NCBI RefSeq assembly: GCF_018350175.1
Contig: NC_058373.1
Coordinates: forward strand, 118,360,001-118,424,000
Reading direction: 5' to 3'
Source: Felis catus
Taxonomy: Eukaryota
Length of the DNA stretch: 64,000 nt
The translations under genes and the position numbers were made by a program. A model generated the notes under the pieces. The model ran no database searches. It saw only the letters and a program-made list of their open reading frames with translations, and was not told the DNA's origin. Of the stretch, positions 25,773-38,391 are shown in pieces (the stretch's first letter is position 1; the number at the start of each line of letters is the position of its first letter).

Positions 25773-26422
25773 AATCTTGTGACTTTCAGTACTAAAATCA
25801 TTATCAGCATTTCTACAGAGAGTATTACTTATCAGTGATTTTCAAATTATGCTTTAAGTAGCCCTAGGATTTCCAGGGAGGAGACCCAGGTGCCATTGGT
25901 TGGTTGTGGAAATAAAGAGAACAAAGTTAGAAGACTACACTCAATTCAGGAGGGACATCAGGTCCCTGTCACAGCTTCAAACAGACAAACTCCACTTTAT
26001 CTGATTCACATATTGGGATTCCATATATGTTTAAGGAAAGGGTTTCATGGCTGAAAATTTTTTGAAAATGAGTGATATAATCATAACAGTTCTAAAATGA
26101 ACTTGGCAAAAGGAAAATATAATATCTTGCTTGTTACTTCTTAATGAGTAACTACCAATGGTTTGTAAATAACCAAGGGAGAGACCAAACATTCTGTTTT
26201 CAAGTAATCTATATATAATGATTTTGCTTACAAAGACAAAAGAGACAACAAGAAAAAATACAAAACCTGTTAATATAAAGTAACATCCACTATAGGCCCT
26301 CCATAAAGTTAAACTTTACTACCAAATAAAGAAAATCATGCCCCTTGAGAAAGTCCTGGTTGAACACAGGTAAAGTATATATTTTTGTTAGTATAAAAAA
26401 TGAGAACAAAAAATCTTACTTT

Positions 26423-26640
26423 GGGGGCGCCTGAGTGGCTCAGTCGGTTAAGCGGCCGAGTTTGGCTCAGGTCGTGATCTCATGGTCTGTGAGTTCGAGC
26501 CCCGCGTCGGGCTCTGTGCTGACAGCTCAGAGCCTGGAGCCTGTTTCAGATTCTGTGTCTCCCTCTCTCTGACCCTCCCCCGTTCATGCTCTGTCTCTCT
26601 CTGTCTCAAAAATAAATAAACGTTAAAAAAATTTAAAAAA
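26423..26640 (+). mobile_element. Young CAN-SINE (felid type)
   Basis: CpG-rich; TSD aaaaaatcttacttt. Confidence 0.95.
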
Positions 26641-27159
26641 AAATCTTACTTTGTACCACAAACTAAATTTAAAAAAAAGTCATCCCCATTGTACTAGCTA
26701 GACATAATTGCCAAATGTAGAAAATCTCTTCACAGTTCTCATTCTTAACTGCTCTGCAAAATTTGACACCATGATTCCAGCTCTCCTTTGTACACTTCTT
26801 TCCTTGTTGTCTCTCCCCACCCCAATACCCCACACCTCTGGTTTATCTTCTTCACCTCTGTTGCTGCCGATACTCTGAGGGCTTCCTCTACTTTTTCCCA
26901 CCCACTGAGGGTATTCCCCAAATATCGGTCCTCAATTTGTACTTCCTTGTTTATACTATCACTCTTGGTGAAATAATCAACTTAAACCATCACTCCAACT
27001 GTGATGATTTCCCAATAATAATAATCTTACTCTTGTATTCAAATTCCTCTATTTAGGTGCATTGGTGTTGCCTCAAATACATCAATTTAAAGTTAAATCA
27101 TCACCTCTTACCTCCCCTTAAGTCCTCCCCTTCTGTCTGACCCAATTTGTTTGGGTCAG

Positions 27160-27760
27160 TAAAAACTGAGAACTTACTATGTGCTGGGCCCTGTTGCAGA
27201 TGCTAGTGGATACAGAAATTAATAAGACAACTTGCCTTTAGGTGGCTCTCTCCCCTCATGAAAGGTTAATGTAATAATAGCACTATGCAAAGTATGCTCT
27301 GGAAGCACAATCAAGGTTCAGGAAACATTTCCTATAGAAGATATTGCCCGAGTTAACTTTTAAAGGAAGAACAAAAATTAGCCACATACAATAGGAGGGA
27401 AAAGATATTCCAGGTAGAGGCAACAGCATCAACAAACAAATAGATGCAGGAAATCAAATGCTAGGCAGAAATTCAAGAAGAGTGCAGACAAAGATCAGGT
27501 ACTGATTTCATCCTATGGACAACCAGAAGCCACTAAAAGGTTTTACACACGTCAATGACATGGTCAGAACTGCAATATAGTTAGATTATTCTGGTGGTAG
27601 TATGGAAAACAAATCTGAGGGCAAAAGACTATAAATGAGTTAGAAGGAGTTTTAAATAGTCTAGGCAATTTATGAAAACAGCTTGAACTAGGCCAGTGGT
27701 AGTGGTGTAGCTAGAAAAAGGGAAATGAAAAGTTTAAAAGTAAGAGTAGCAAAGAGAATT
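27160..27760 (-). mobile_element. L2 relic (3' region)
   Basis: tactatgtgctgggccctgttgcagatgct..., gattattctggtggtagtatggaaaa...; orientation opposite to the L2 at 24.4 kb. Confidence 0.6.
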
Positions 27761-28374
27761 GAGTCAACATGATATATCTGCTGCAAGAAATTTTCTTTTG
27801 CCCAGGGTGATAAGACTAAACCAGTAATTAGCTTCATTGTTTGCTCCAAGAAATTCTTGCAAACTAACTTATCTGGGCAAACAGTGTGTGCATTAGAGCA
27901 AACAGAATTAAACTCAGCTTACTTAGACATGGTAAGAAGTGCACGCACTACATAACTGGCCAGTATGTACTAATACATACAGCCATACCAGTGATTACAT
28001 TTTTGCAATGCTTACATTCTAGATAGTAAATAGCCACTGTGCTAGATTTCTCTCCTATCCATCACTTCACCTTCCACAACTCAACAACTAATAGGTTAAT
28101 ACCCAGTTTAACAGAGTACTAAGGCCAGTGAAGGTTTTGATTGGCCAGTAACAATACAAGTCAGATGCCAAAGTCCCATCTCTCCCAGGCACACCCGTTG
28201 GCTCCCTACATGGTTCTCAGAGGGTTGCCCTCCCTTTGTGGGCAACTGCCTGGTCCAAAGAGGAAGATGCAATAACTCTCCATTCTGTCCACCATGTGGG
28301 TCCCCATCTCAAAATATTCCAGGTGAGATCAGGAATAGACGAGTTAGAGAAGACAGCACCGTAAACAGTGACAC

Positions 28375-29431
28375 TAGCTATCCAGTAGTCAAACAGACCA
28401 ACTAGCTCTTCATTAATGGATAAAATAGCAAGATCCAATTATATGCTGTCTCCAGTAAACCTACTTTTTTTTATTAAAAAAATTTTTTTAATGTTTATTT
28501 TTGAGAGACAGAGCATGAGCAGGGGAGGGGCAGAGAGAGAGGGAGACACAGAATCTGAAGCAGGCTCCGAACTGTCAGCACAGAGCCCAATGCAGGGCTG
28601 GAACCCATGAACTGCAAGATCATGACCTGAGCCAAAGTGGGACGCTTAACCAACTGAGCCACCCAGGCGCCCCTACAGTAAACCTATTTTAAACATAAAG
28701 ACACAAATAGGTTAAAAGTAAAAAGACAAAAAACAATACACCACGTTAATAGTAGTCAAAATAAAGCTGGAGTGGCTGTACATTCCCTTCTCAATAACCA
28801 ATAGAATAAGTAGACAGAATCAACAAGTATATAAACAGCAAAACTTGAACAACAGTATCAACCAACATGATCTGATTGACATTTATAGAATTCTTCTATC
28901 CAATGATAACAGATTATACATTCTTCTGAAGTGCATGTGGAACATTTAGCAACATAGACCATGTTCTGGGCCATAAAACAACTCTCAAATTTAAAAGGAA
29001 TCATACAAAGTATGATGTCTAACAACAATGGAATTAAATCACCAAATATTTGTAAACTACATTTCAAAATAGCCCATGGGTCAAAGTACAAATCAAAAGG
29101 GAATTCAGAAAGTCTTTTGGACTAAATGAAAACACAATCTATAAAAATTTACAGGATGCTGCAAAAGCAATACTTAGCAAGATAGCACTAAACCAGTGCT
29201 TTTCAACCAGGGACATTCACTGCATATCTGGACACATTTGGCAATATCTGGAAATATTTTTGGTTGTTCCCAGGGAGGTGTTATTGGCATCTAGTGGGTA
29301 TTGGCCAGGGACACTGCTAAACATCCTATAGGACAGCCCTACAACAAAGACTCATCTAGCTTAAAATGTCAATAGTGCCACTATTGAGAAACCCTGCACT
29401 AAATATCTATTTTTATAAGCTTATTTATTTT

Positions 29432-29462
<31 letters not shown>

Positions 29463-30315
29463 AGGGAGGGGAAGGGGAGGGAGAGAAAGAGGGAGAGAGA
29501 GTGAATTCCAAGCAGGCTCTGCACTATCAGGTTCTGCACTTGAACTCATCAACCATGAGATCATGACCTGAGCCAAATGTGGACGCTTAACTGACTGAGC
29601 TCCCCAGGTGCCCCAAAATGTCTGTACTCTTTGTTTTTAAAAGAAAGGTCTTACTTAACCATGTCCTAAGCTTCCACCTATAGAAACTAAAGGGACAAAG
29701 AAGTGCAAAGTAAGCAGAAAAAAGGAAAGAGTAGAGATCAGAACAGAACGCAGTAAAAAGTAGGAAAATAGAAAAAGGGAAACCAAAAGATTATTCTTTG
29801 AGAAGATCAACAAAACTGATAAACCTGTAGCCACACTGATCAGGGGGTAAAAAGATACAAATGATCAATATCAAGAATGAAAGAATGTCATCACTATAGA
29901 AAAGAATAATAAGGGAATATTATGAACAAGTTTAGGCTAACAAATTCATTGATAACATGGAAATACACCTTGCAAGTGCCAAACTACCACAGTTCACTTA
30001 AGACAAAATAGATAACATAAACAGTCCTATACCTAATCTATTAATGAAATTGGATTTATAGTTAAAAATCTTTCCACAAAGATAACTCCTGGGCTATGGA
30101 TTCACTGATGAATTCTACCAAACATTTAAGAAATCATACCAATTCTATGGGGCATCTGGGTGGCTCAGTCGGTTGGGTGTCCAACTTTGGCTCAGGTCAT
30201 GATCTCACAGCTTGTGAGTTCCAGCCCTGCGTCAGGCTCTGTGCTGATAGCTCAGAGCCTGGAGCCTGCTTTGGATTCTGTGTCTCCCTCTCTCTGTGTC
30301 CCTCCCCTGCTTGTA

Positions 30316-30346
<31 letters not shown>

Positions 30347-30459
30347 AAATAAAGATTAAAAAAAAAAAAAAAAGAAATCATACCAATTCTGCAAACTCTT
30401 AGCAAAATATTGAAGGGCGGGGGGGAGGGGATGAATATTTCTCAAATTCTTCTATCAGG
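28375..30459 (+). mobile_element. Old L1M ORF2 (endonuclease onward), interrupted by SINEs and MER20; resumes at about 32357-32530
   Basis: atatgctgtctccag, atctgattgacatttatagaa, ttctttgagaagatcaacaaaactgataaacc. Nested SINEs at 28465-28673(-), 29410-29614(-), 30149-30373(+). Confidence 0.85.
29194..29396. mobile_element. MER20 (hAT-Charlie MITE)
   Basis: cagtgcttttcaacc...ggacacatttggcaatatctgg...ttgagaaaccctg; 8-bp TSD cactaaac / cactaaat (29186-29193 / 29397-29404). Confidence 0.9.
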
Positions 30460-30469
30460 TTAATAAGAG

Positions 30470-32195
30470 TCTCCTGCTTTGGTTTTCTTTTCCAAGATTG
30501 CTTTGGCTATTTGGGGTCTTTTCTGGTTCCATACAAATTTTAGGATTGTTCGTTCTAGCTCTGAGAAGAATTCTGGTGTTATTTTGATAGGGATTGCATT
30601 GAATATGTAGATTGCTTTGGGTAGTATCGACATTTTAACAGTATTTGTTCTTCCGAGCCAGGAGCATGGAATCTTTTTCCATTTTTTTGTGTCTTCTTCA
30701 ATTTCTTTCATAAGCTTCCTATAGTTTTCAGTGTATAGATTTTTCACCTCTTTGGTTAGATTTATTCCTAGGTATTTTATGGGTTTTGATTCAACTGTAA
30801 ATGGGATCGATTCCTTGATTTCTCTTTCTGTTGCTTCATTGTTGGTGTATAGGAATGCAACCGATTTCTGTGCATTGATTTCATATCCTGCAACTTTGCT
30901 GAATTCATGAATCAGTTCTAGCAGTTTTCTGGTGGAATCTTTAGGGTTTTCCATGTAGAGTATCATGTTATCTGCAAAGAGTGAAAGTTTGGCCTCCTCC
31001 TGGCTGATTTGGATGCCTTTTATTTCTTTGTGTTGTCTGACTGCAGAGGTTAAGACTTCCAATACTATGCTGAATAACAGTGGCGAGAGTGGACATCCCT
31101 GTCATGTTCCTGACCTTAGGGGGAAAGCCCTCAATTTTTCCCCATCGAGGATGATATTAGCATTGGGTCATTCATATATGGCTTTCATGATCTCGAGGTA
31201 CGCTCCTTCTATCCTACTTTCTTGAGGGTTTTTATCAAGAAAGGATGCTGTATATTGTCAAATGCTTTCTCTGCATCTATTGAGAGGATCATATGGTTCT
31301 TGTCCTTTCTTTTATTGATGTGATGAATCACGTTAATTGTTATGCGGATATTGAACCAGCCCTGCATCCCAGGTATAAATCCCATGTGGTCGTGGTGGAT
31401 AATTTTTTTTAATGTATTGTTGGAGCCGGTTGGCTAATATCTTGTTGAGGACTTTTGCATCCTTGTTCATCAGGGAAATTGGTCTATAGTTCTCCTTTTT
31501 AGTGGGGCCTTTGTCTGGTTTTGGAATCAAGGTAATGCTGGCTTCATGGAATAAGTTTGGAAGTTTTCCTTCCATTTCTATTTTTTGGAACAGCTTCAAG
31601 AGAATAGGTGTTAACTCTTCCTTAAATGTTTGGTAGAATTCCCCTGGAAAGCCATCTGGCCCTGGACTCGTTTTTTGGCAGATTTTTGATTACTAATTTG
31701 ATTTCTTTACTGGTTATGGGTCTGTTCAAATTTTCTATTTCCTCCTGTTTCGGTTTTAGTAGTGTATATGTTTCTAGGAATTTGTCCATTTCTTCCAGAT
31801 TGCCCATTTTATTGGCATATAATTGTTCATAATATTCTCTTGTTATTGTTTTTATTTCTGCTGTATTGGTTGTGATCTCTCCTCTTCCATTCTTGATTTT
31901 ATTTTGGTCCTTTCCTTTTTGATCAAACTGGCTGGTGATTTATCAATTTTATTAATTCTTTCAAAGAACCAGCTTCTGGTTTCATCGATCTGTTCTATTG
32001 TTTTTTTGTTTTTTGGGTTTTTTTTTTTTTTGGTTTCAATAGCATTAATTTCTGCTCTAATCTTTATTATTTCCTGTCTTCTGCTGGTTTTGGGTTTTAT
32101 TTGCTGTTCTTTTTCCAGCTCTTTAAGGTGTAAGGTTATGTTGTGTATCTGAGATCTATGCTTTCCTCTTATGACCTTTGCTGCGTCCCAGAGGT
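30470..32195 (-). mobile_element. Young carnivore L1, internal ORF2 fragment (RT region) lacking both ends
   Basis: ORFs 30460..31062, 31333..31599, 31622..31807 and 31852..32283 are L1 ORF2 pieces (RPISLMN, LFADNMI, ILPKAIY). No poly(A), no TSD. Confidence 0.95.
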
Positions 32196-32357
32196 TCACA
32201 GTTCCTGAGATTGAGCCCCAAGTCAGGCTCTGTGCTGACAGCATGGAACCCACTTGGAATTCTCTGTCTACCTCTCTTTCCACCCCTCCCCCGGCTCACA
32301 TGTGTGTGTGTGCATGCTCTCTCTCTCAAAATAAACATACATTAAAAAAAAAAAAAG
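32196..32357 (+). mobile_element. CAN-SINE lacking its 5' head
   Basis: Begins at cacagttcctgagattgagcccc; has CT tract and A-tail. Confidence 0.88.
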
Positions 32358-32834
32358 CTATAGACCAGTATCTCTCATGAGCATACATGCAAAAATTCTA
32401 AACAAAATTTTAGCAAATCAAACCAAACATTAAAAGGATAATACATCATGACTACATGGAGTTTTTCTAAGAAATGCAGTTAAGTAACATTCAAAAATCA
32501 ATGTAATTCACCTTATTAGCAAAATTTAAATGTCCCTGTCAATATTTAAGTTTGAAGCTATATCTTTTCTTCCTTGAATTCAAAGATTATACTGAGATTT
32601 TTTTTAATGGGTTAAAAGTCAACTAATTTTAAGCATAATATTTATATATATCATAGAAAGTTAATACTTAGCCCTGATTTTTTGGTGTGAATTATAGTCA
32701 TATACTCCCAACTCCACCTCAGATGTCTTCAAATCAAATTCATGTTTCCTTTCAATCAAGCTCTTCCCCCTAATTTTCCTATTTCTACGTAACATTTTTA
32801 CAACCATCAAAGCTTTACAATTATAACAGCAAAC

Positions 32835-33150
32835 TCTGGGTGTGGAGCCTGATGCTGGGCTCATTCTTACAACCGTGAGATCATGACTAGAGCTGAAATC
32901 AAGAGGCAGGTGTTTGCATGCCTGGGTGGCTCAGTTGGTTGAGCGTCCGACTTCGGCTCAGGTCATGGTCTCGCGGTTCAGTTCGTGGGTTCAAGCCCCG
33001 CGTCGGGCTCTGTACTGACAGCTTGGAGCCTGCTTTGGATTCTGTGTCTCCCTCTCTCTGCCCCTCCCTGGCTCGCGCTCTGTCTCTCTCTCTCTCTCAA
33101 AAATAAAGAAACATTACAAAAAATTTTTTTAAATAAAAAAAAGGGTAAAA
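32835..33150. mobile_element. Two CAN-SINE pieces head-to-head (minus fragment 32835-32914; plus copy 32915-33150)
   Basis: gagatcatgactagagctgaaatcaagag (minus head fragment) abuts gcatgcctgggtggctcag. Confidence 0.85.
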
Positions 33151-33479
33151 TTATAAAAAAAGAGAAAAGAGGTTTCACATTTATTTGAAGATAAGATTTG
33201 TTTTACTCAGCATCCCGTAGACATTTGTTCATGTAAATTTTAATTTACATATTACAAAACCTTGAATATTTTAATTAAAACTTATTAATAAGTATTTATT
33301 GACTATCTACCATGCCATAAAGCAATAAAAAGAAAAAAGCCTGCCTCTATGAAGATAGAAAATAAGTAGGCAGATTATTTACAGATAAGATCAAATAAGT
33401 TTTCAGCATGTTCGCAAACTGGGTATTAAACACAGCCTTTATTAAAAATTAAATTATACACCATAAAATAAATTATTAA

Positions 33480-33663
33480 AAAATTTTAAAGTTTATTTCT
33501 CTTGAGAAAGGAGAGAAAGCACACAAGGGAAAGAGAATCCCAAGCAGGCTCCATGCTGTCAGTGCAAGTCCGACTCAGGGCTCCATCCCACAGACTGTGA
33601 GATCATAACCTGAGCCGAAATCACAAGCCAGATAATTAACCAACTGAGCCATCCAGGTGCCCC
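33480..33663 (-). mobile_element. CAN-SINE
   Basis: SINE body and head; flanked by aaataa(a/g)ttatt. Confidence 0.9.
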
Positions 33664-33694
33664 TAAATAAGTTATTTTATTTTATTATTTTTTA

Positions 33695-36600
33695 TTTTTA
33701 AAAATACAATTTATTATCAAATTGGCTAACATACAGTGTGTACAGTGTGCTCTTGGTTTTGGGGGTAGATTCCTATGATTCATTGCTTATATATAACACC
33801 CATGCTCATCCCAACAAGTGCCTCCTCAATGCCTATCACCCATTCTCCCCTCTCCCCTGCCCCCCACATCAACTCTCAGTTTGTTCTCTGTATTTAAGCA
33901 TCTCCTATGGTTTGTCTCCCTCCCTCTCTGTTTTAACTATTTTTTCCCCTTCCCTTCCCCCATGGTCTTCTGTTAAGTTTCTCAAGTTCCACGTATGAGT
34001 GAAAACATATATCTGCCTTTCTCTGACTGACTTATTTCACTTAGCATAATACCTACCCTCTAGTTCCATCCACATTGCTGCAAATGGCAAGATTTCATTC
34101 TTTCTCATTGCCAAGTAGTAGCCCATTGTATATATAAACCACATCTTCTTTATCCATTCATCAATTGATGGGCATTTAGGCTCTTTCCATAGTTTGGCTA
34201 TTGTTGAAAGTGCTATAAATATTGGGGTACATGTATCCCTATGAATCAGCACTCCTGTATCCTTTGGATAAATTCCTAGTAGTGCTATTGCTGGGTCATA
34301 GGGTAGTTCTATTTTTCATTTTTTGAGAAACTTCCATACTGTTTTCCAGAGCGGCTGCACCAGTTTGCATTCCCACCAGCAGTGTAAGAGGATTCCCATT
34401 TCTCCACATTCTTGCCAGCATCTGTTGTTTCCTGAGGTGTTAATTTTAGCCACTCTGACCAGTGTGAGGTGGTACCTCCGTGTGGTTTTGATTTCTATTT
34501 CCCTGATGATGAGTGACGTTGAGTATCTTCTCATGTGTCTGTTGGCCATCTGAAGGTCTTCTTTGGAAAAGAGTCTATTCATGTCTTCTGCCCTTTTCTT
34601 CACTGGATTATTTGTTTTTTGGGTATTGAGTCTGGTAAGTTCTTTATAGATTTTGGATACTAATCCTTTATCTGGTATGTCATTTGCAAATATCTTTTCC
34701 CATTCCATTGGTTGCCTTTTAGTTCTGTTGATTGTTTCCTTTGCAGTGCAGAAGCTTTTTATCTTGATGAAGTCCCAATATTCATTTTTGCTTTTAATTC
34801 CCTTGCCTTTGGAGACGTATAGAGCAAGAAGTTGCTGTGGCTGAGGTCAAAGAGGTTGTTGCCTGTTTTCTCCTCTAGAGGTTTGATGATTTCCAGTCTC
34901 ACATTTAGGTCTTTCATCTATTTTGAGTTTATTTTTGTGTATGGTATAAGAAAGTGGTCTAGTTTCATTCTTCTGCAGGTTGCTGTCCAGTTCTCCCAGC
35001 ACCATTTGCTAAAGAGACTGTCTTTTTTCCATTGGATACTCTTTCCTGCTTTGTCAAAGATTAGTTGGCCATAGATTTGTGGGCCCAATTCTAGGTTCTC
35101 TATTCTATTCCACTGGTCTATGTGTCTGTCTTTGTGCCAATACCACACTGTCATGATGATTACAGTTTTGTGGTAGAGGCTAAAGTCTGGGACTGTGATG
35201 CCTCCCACTTTGGGTTTCTCCTTCAATATTACTTTGGCTATTTGGGGTCTTTTGTGGTTCCACACAAATTTTAGGTGTGTTCTAGCTTTGAGAAGAATGC
35301 TGGTGCAATTCTGATTGGGATTGAATTGAATGTGTAGATTACTCTGGGTAGTATTGACATTTTAACAATATTTATTCTTCCAATCCATGAGCATGGAATG
35401 TTTTTCCATTTCTTTCAGTCTTCTTCATCAATTTTCTTCATAAGTCTTCTATAGTTTTCAGCATACAGATCTTTTACATCTTTGGTTAGGTTTATTCCTA
35501 GGTATTTTATGGTTCTTGGTACAATTGTAAATGGGACTGATTTCTTGACTTCTCTTTCTATTGCTTCATTATTGGTGTATAGAAATGCAACTAATTTCTG
35601 TACACTGATTTTGTATCCTGTGACTTTGCTGAATTCATGTATCAGTTCTATCAGCTTTTTGGTGGAGCCTTTTCCGGGTTTTCCATGTAGAGTATCATGT
35701 TGTCTGTAAAAAGTGAAAGTTTGACTTCTTCTTTGCCAATGTGGATGCCTTTTATTTCATTTTGTTGTCTGACTGCTAAGGCTACGACTTCCAACACTAT
35801 GTTAAACAACAGTGGTGAGAGTGGACATCCCTGTCATGTTCCTGGTCTTAGGGGGAAAGCTCTCAGTTTTTCCCAATTGAGGATGATATTAGCTGTGGGC
35901 TTTTCATATATGGTTTTTATGATGTTTAGGTATGTTCCTTCTATCCCAACTTTCTTGAAGGTTTTTATTAAGGAAGGATGCTGTATTTTGTCAAATGCTT
36001 TTTCTTCCTCTATTGACAGGATCATATGGTTCTTATCCTTTCTTTTATTCGTGTGATGTATCACAATGATTGATTTGCAAATATTGAACCAGGCTTGCAG
36101 CCCAGGAATGAATACCACTTGATCATGGTGAATAATTCTTTTTATACGCTGTTGAATTCGCTTTACTAGTACCTTGTTGAGAATTTCTGCATCCAGATTC
36201 ATCAGAGATATTGGCATCTAAATCTCCTTTTTAGTAGAGTCTTTGTCTGGTTTGGGAATCAAAGTAATGCTGGCTTCATAGAATGAGTCTGGAAGCCTTC
36301 CTTCCATTTCTATTTTTTGGAACAGCTTGAGAAGGATAGGTATTAACTCTGCTTTAAATGTCTTGTAGAATTCCCCTAGGAAGCCATCTGACCTAGGACT
36401 CTTATTTGTTGGGAGATTTTTGATACCTGATTCAATTTCTTCACTAGTTATGGGTCTGTTCAAATATTCTATTTCTTCCTGTTTGAGTTTTGGTAGTGTG
36501 TGGGTATCTAGGAATTTGTCCCTCTCTTCCAGGTTATCCAGTTTGTTGGCACATAATTTTTCCTAATATTCTCTGATAATTGTTTGTATTTCTGAGGGGC

Positions 36601-38171
36601 TAGGTGTGATAAGTCCAGTTTCACTTGTGATTTTATCTATTTGGGTCCTCTCTCTTCTTTTTGAGAAGTCTGGCTAGGGGGTTATCAATTTTATTTATTT
36701 ATTTATTTATTTATGTATTTATTTATTTATTTTCAAAAAACCACCTCTTAGTTTCATTTCATTCTTAGTTTAAAATCTAGTTTGTCTGCTATTCATTGAT
36801 CTGTTCTACTCTTTTTATCGATTCTATATTTTTTATTTCTGCTCTAATCTTTATTATTTCTCTTCTTCTGCTGGCCTTGGGGTTTATTTGGTGTTCTGCT
36901 TCTAGTTCCTTTAGGTGTGCTGTTAAATTTTGTATTTTAGATTTTTCTTGTTTTTTGAGATAGGTCTGGATTGCAATGTATTTTCCTCTTAGGACTGCCT
37001 TTGCTGCATCCCAAAGGGTTTGGACTTTCATTTTCATTTTCACTTGTTTCCATATATTTTTTAATTTCTTCTTTAATTGCTTGGTTTACCCATTCATTCT
37101 TTAGTAAGATGTTTAACCTCCATGCATTTGGAGGTTTTCCAGGCTTTTTCCTGTAGTTGATTTCAAGTTTCAAAGCACTGTGATCTGAAAATGTGCATGG
37201 TATGATCTCAATTATTTTATATTTATTGAGGGCCACTGTGTGACCCAGTATGTGATCTATCTTGGAGGATGTTCCATGTGCACTTGAGAAGAATGTGTAT
37301 ATTCTGCTGCTTTTGGATATAAAGTTCTGAATATACCTGTCAAGTCCATCTGGTCCAGTGTATCATTCAGGGACATTGTTTCTTTATTGACTTTCTGCCT
37401 AGATTATCTGTCCATTGTTGTAAGTGGAGTATTAAAGTAACCTGCAATTACCGCATTCCTATCAATTAGATTGCTTATGTTTGTGATTGTTTTATATATT
37501 TGGGGCTTCCAAATTGGGTGCATAAAAATTTATAATTGTTAGCTCTTCTTGGTGGATAGACCCCATAATTATAATATAATGCCCTTCCTCATCCCTTGTT
37601 ATAGTCTTTTAGTTTAAAATCTAGTTTGTCTGATATAAGTATGGCTATTTCAGCTTTCTTTTGACTTCTAGTAGCATGTTACATGGTTCTCCATCCCCTG
37701 ACTTTCAACCTGAAGGTGTCCTCAGGTCTAAAATGGGTCTCTTGTAGACAGCAAATAGATGGGTCTTGATTTTTATCCATTCTGATACCCTATGTCTTTT
37801 GATTGGAGCGTTTAGTCTATTTACATTCAGTGTTATTATTAAAAGATATGGATTTAGTGTCATTGTATTATCTGTAGGTTTCATGCTTGTAGTGATTTCT
37901 CTGGTCCTTTGTAGTCTTTGCAACAATCCAAAGAGTCCCCCTTAGGATCTCTTGTAGGGCTGGTTTAGTGGTGATGAACTCCTTCAGTTTTTGTTTATCT
38001 GGGAAAACCTTTGTCTTTCCTTCCATTCTCAATTGACAGTCTCGCTGGATAAAGGAATCTTAGCTGTATATTTTTCCTATTCACAACGTTGAATATTTCC
38101 AGCCACTCCTTCTGGCCTGCCAAGTTTCAGTAGATAGGTCTGCTACTTACCTTCATGCGGCTACCCCTGTA
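33695..38171 (-). mobile_element. 5'-truncated carnivore L1 (about 4.5 kb: end of ORF1, ORF2, 3'UTR), frameshifted
   Basis: Multiple ORF2 fragments in the ORF track ([32 protein letters not shown]). Exact 17-bp TSD tattttattatttttta (33678-33694 / 38172-38188). Confidence 0.96.
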
Positions 38172-38188
38172 TATTTTATTATTTTTTA

Positions 38189-38391
38189 AAGGTTTATTTT
38201 TCAGAGAGAGAGAGCACGCACGCTCACATGAAGAGCAGGGGAGGGGCAGAGAGAAAGGGAGAAGCCGAAGCAGGCTCCAGGCTCTGAGCTGTCAGCACAG
38301 AGCCCAATGTGGGGCTCAAACTCACAAACCAGGAGATCATGACCTGAGCTGAGACTGGACGCTTAACTGACTGAGCCACCCAGGTGCCCCC
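38189..38391 (-). mobile_element. CAN-SINE whose A-tail hosts the L1
   Basis: TSD taaataagttattt at 33664-33677 and 38392-38405. Confidence 0.92.

Noticed and set aside
28224..28246. 7-bp inverted repeat gttgccc/gggcaac
   Set aside because: Too short to be significant in 64 kb, with no supporting context.
30460..31062. 200-aa ORF with reverse transcriptase motifs, as a novel RT or retron-like system
   Set aside because: Ordinary L1 ORF2 fragment. The catalytic motif reads FADN rather than FADD, and neighbouring segments are frameshifted.
33695..38391. SINE-L1 chimera formed by template switching (one TSD around both)
   Set aside because: The L1 has its own exact 17-bp TSD inside the SINE tail, so these are sequential insertions.
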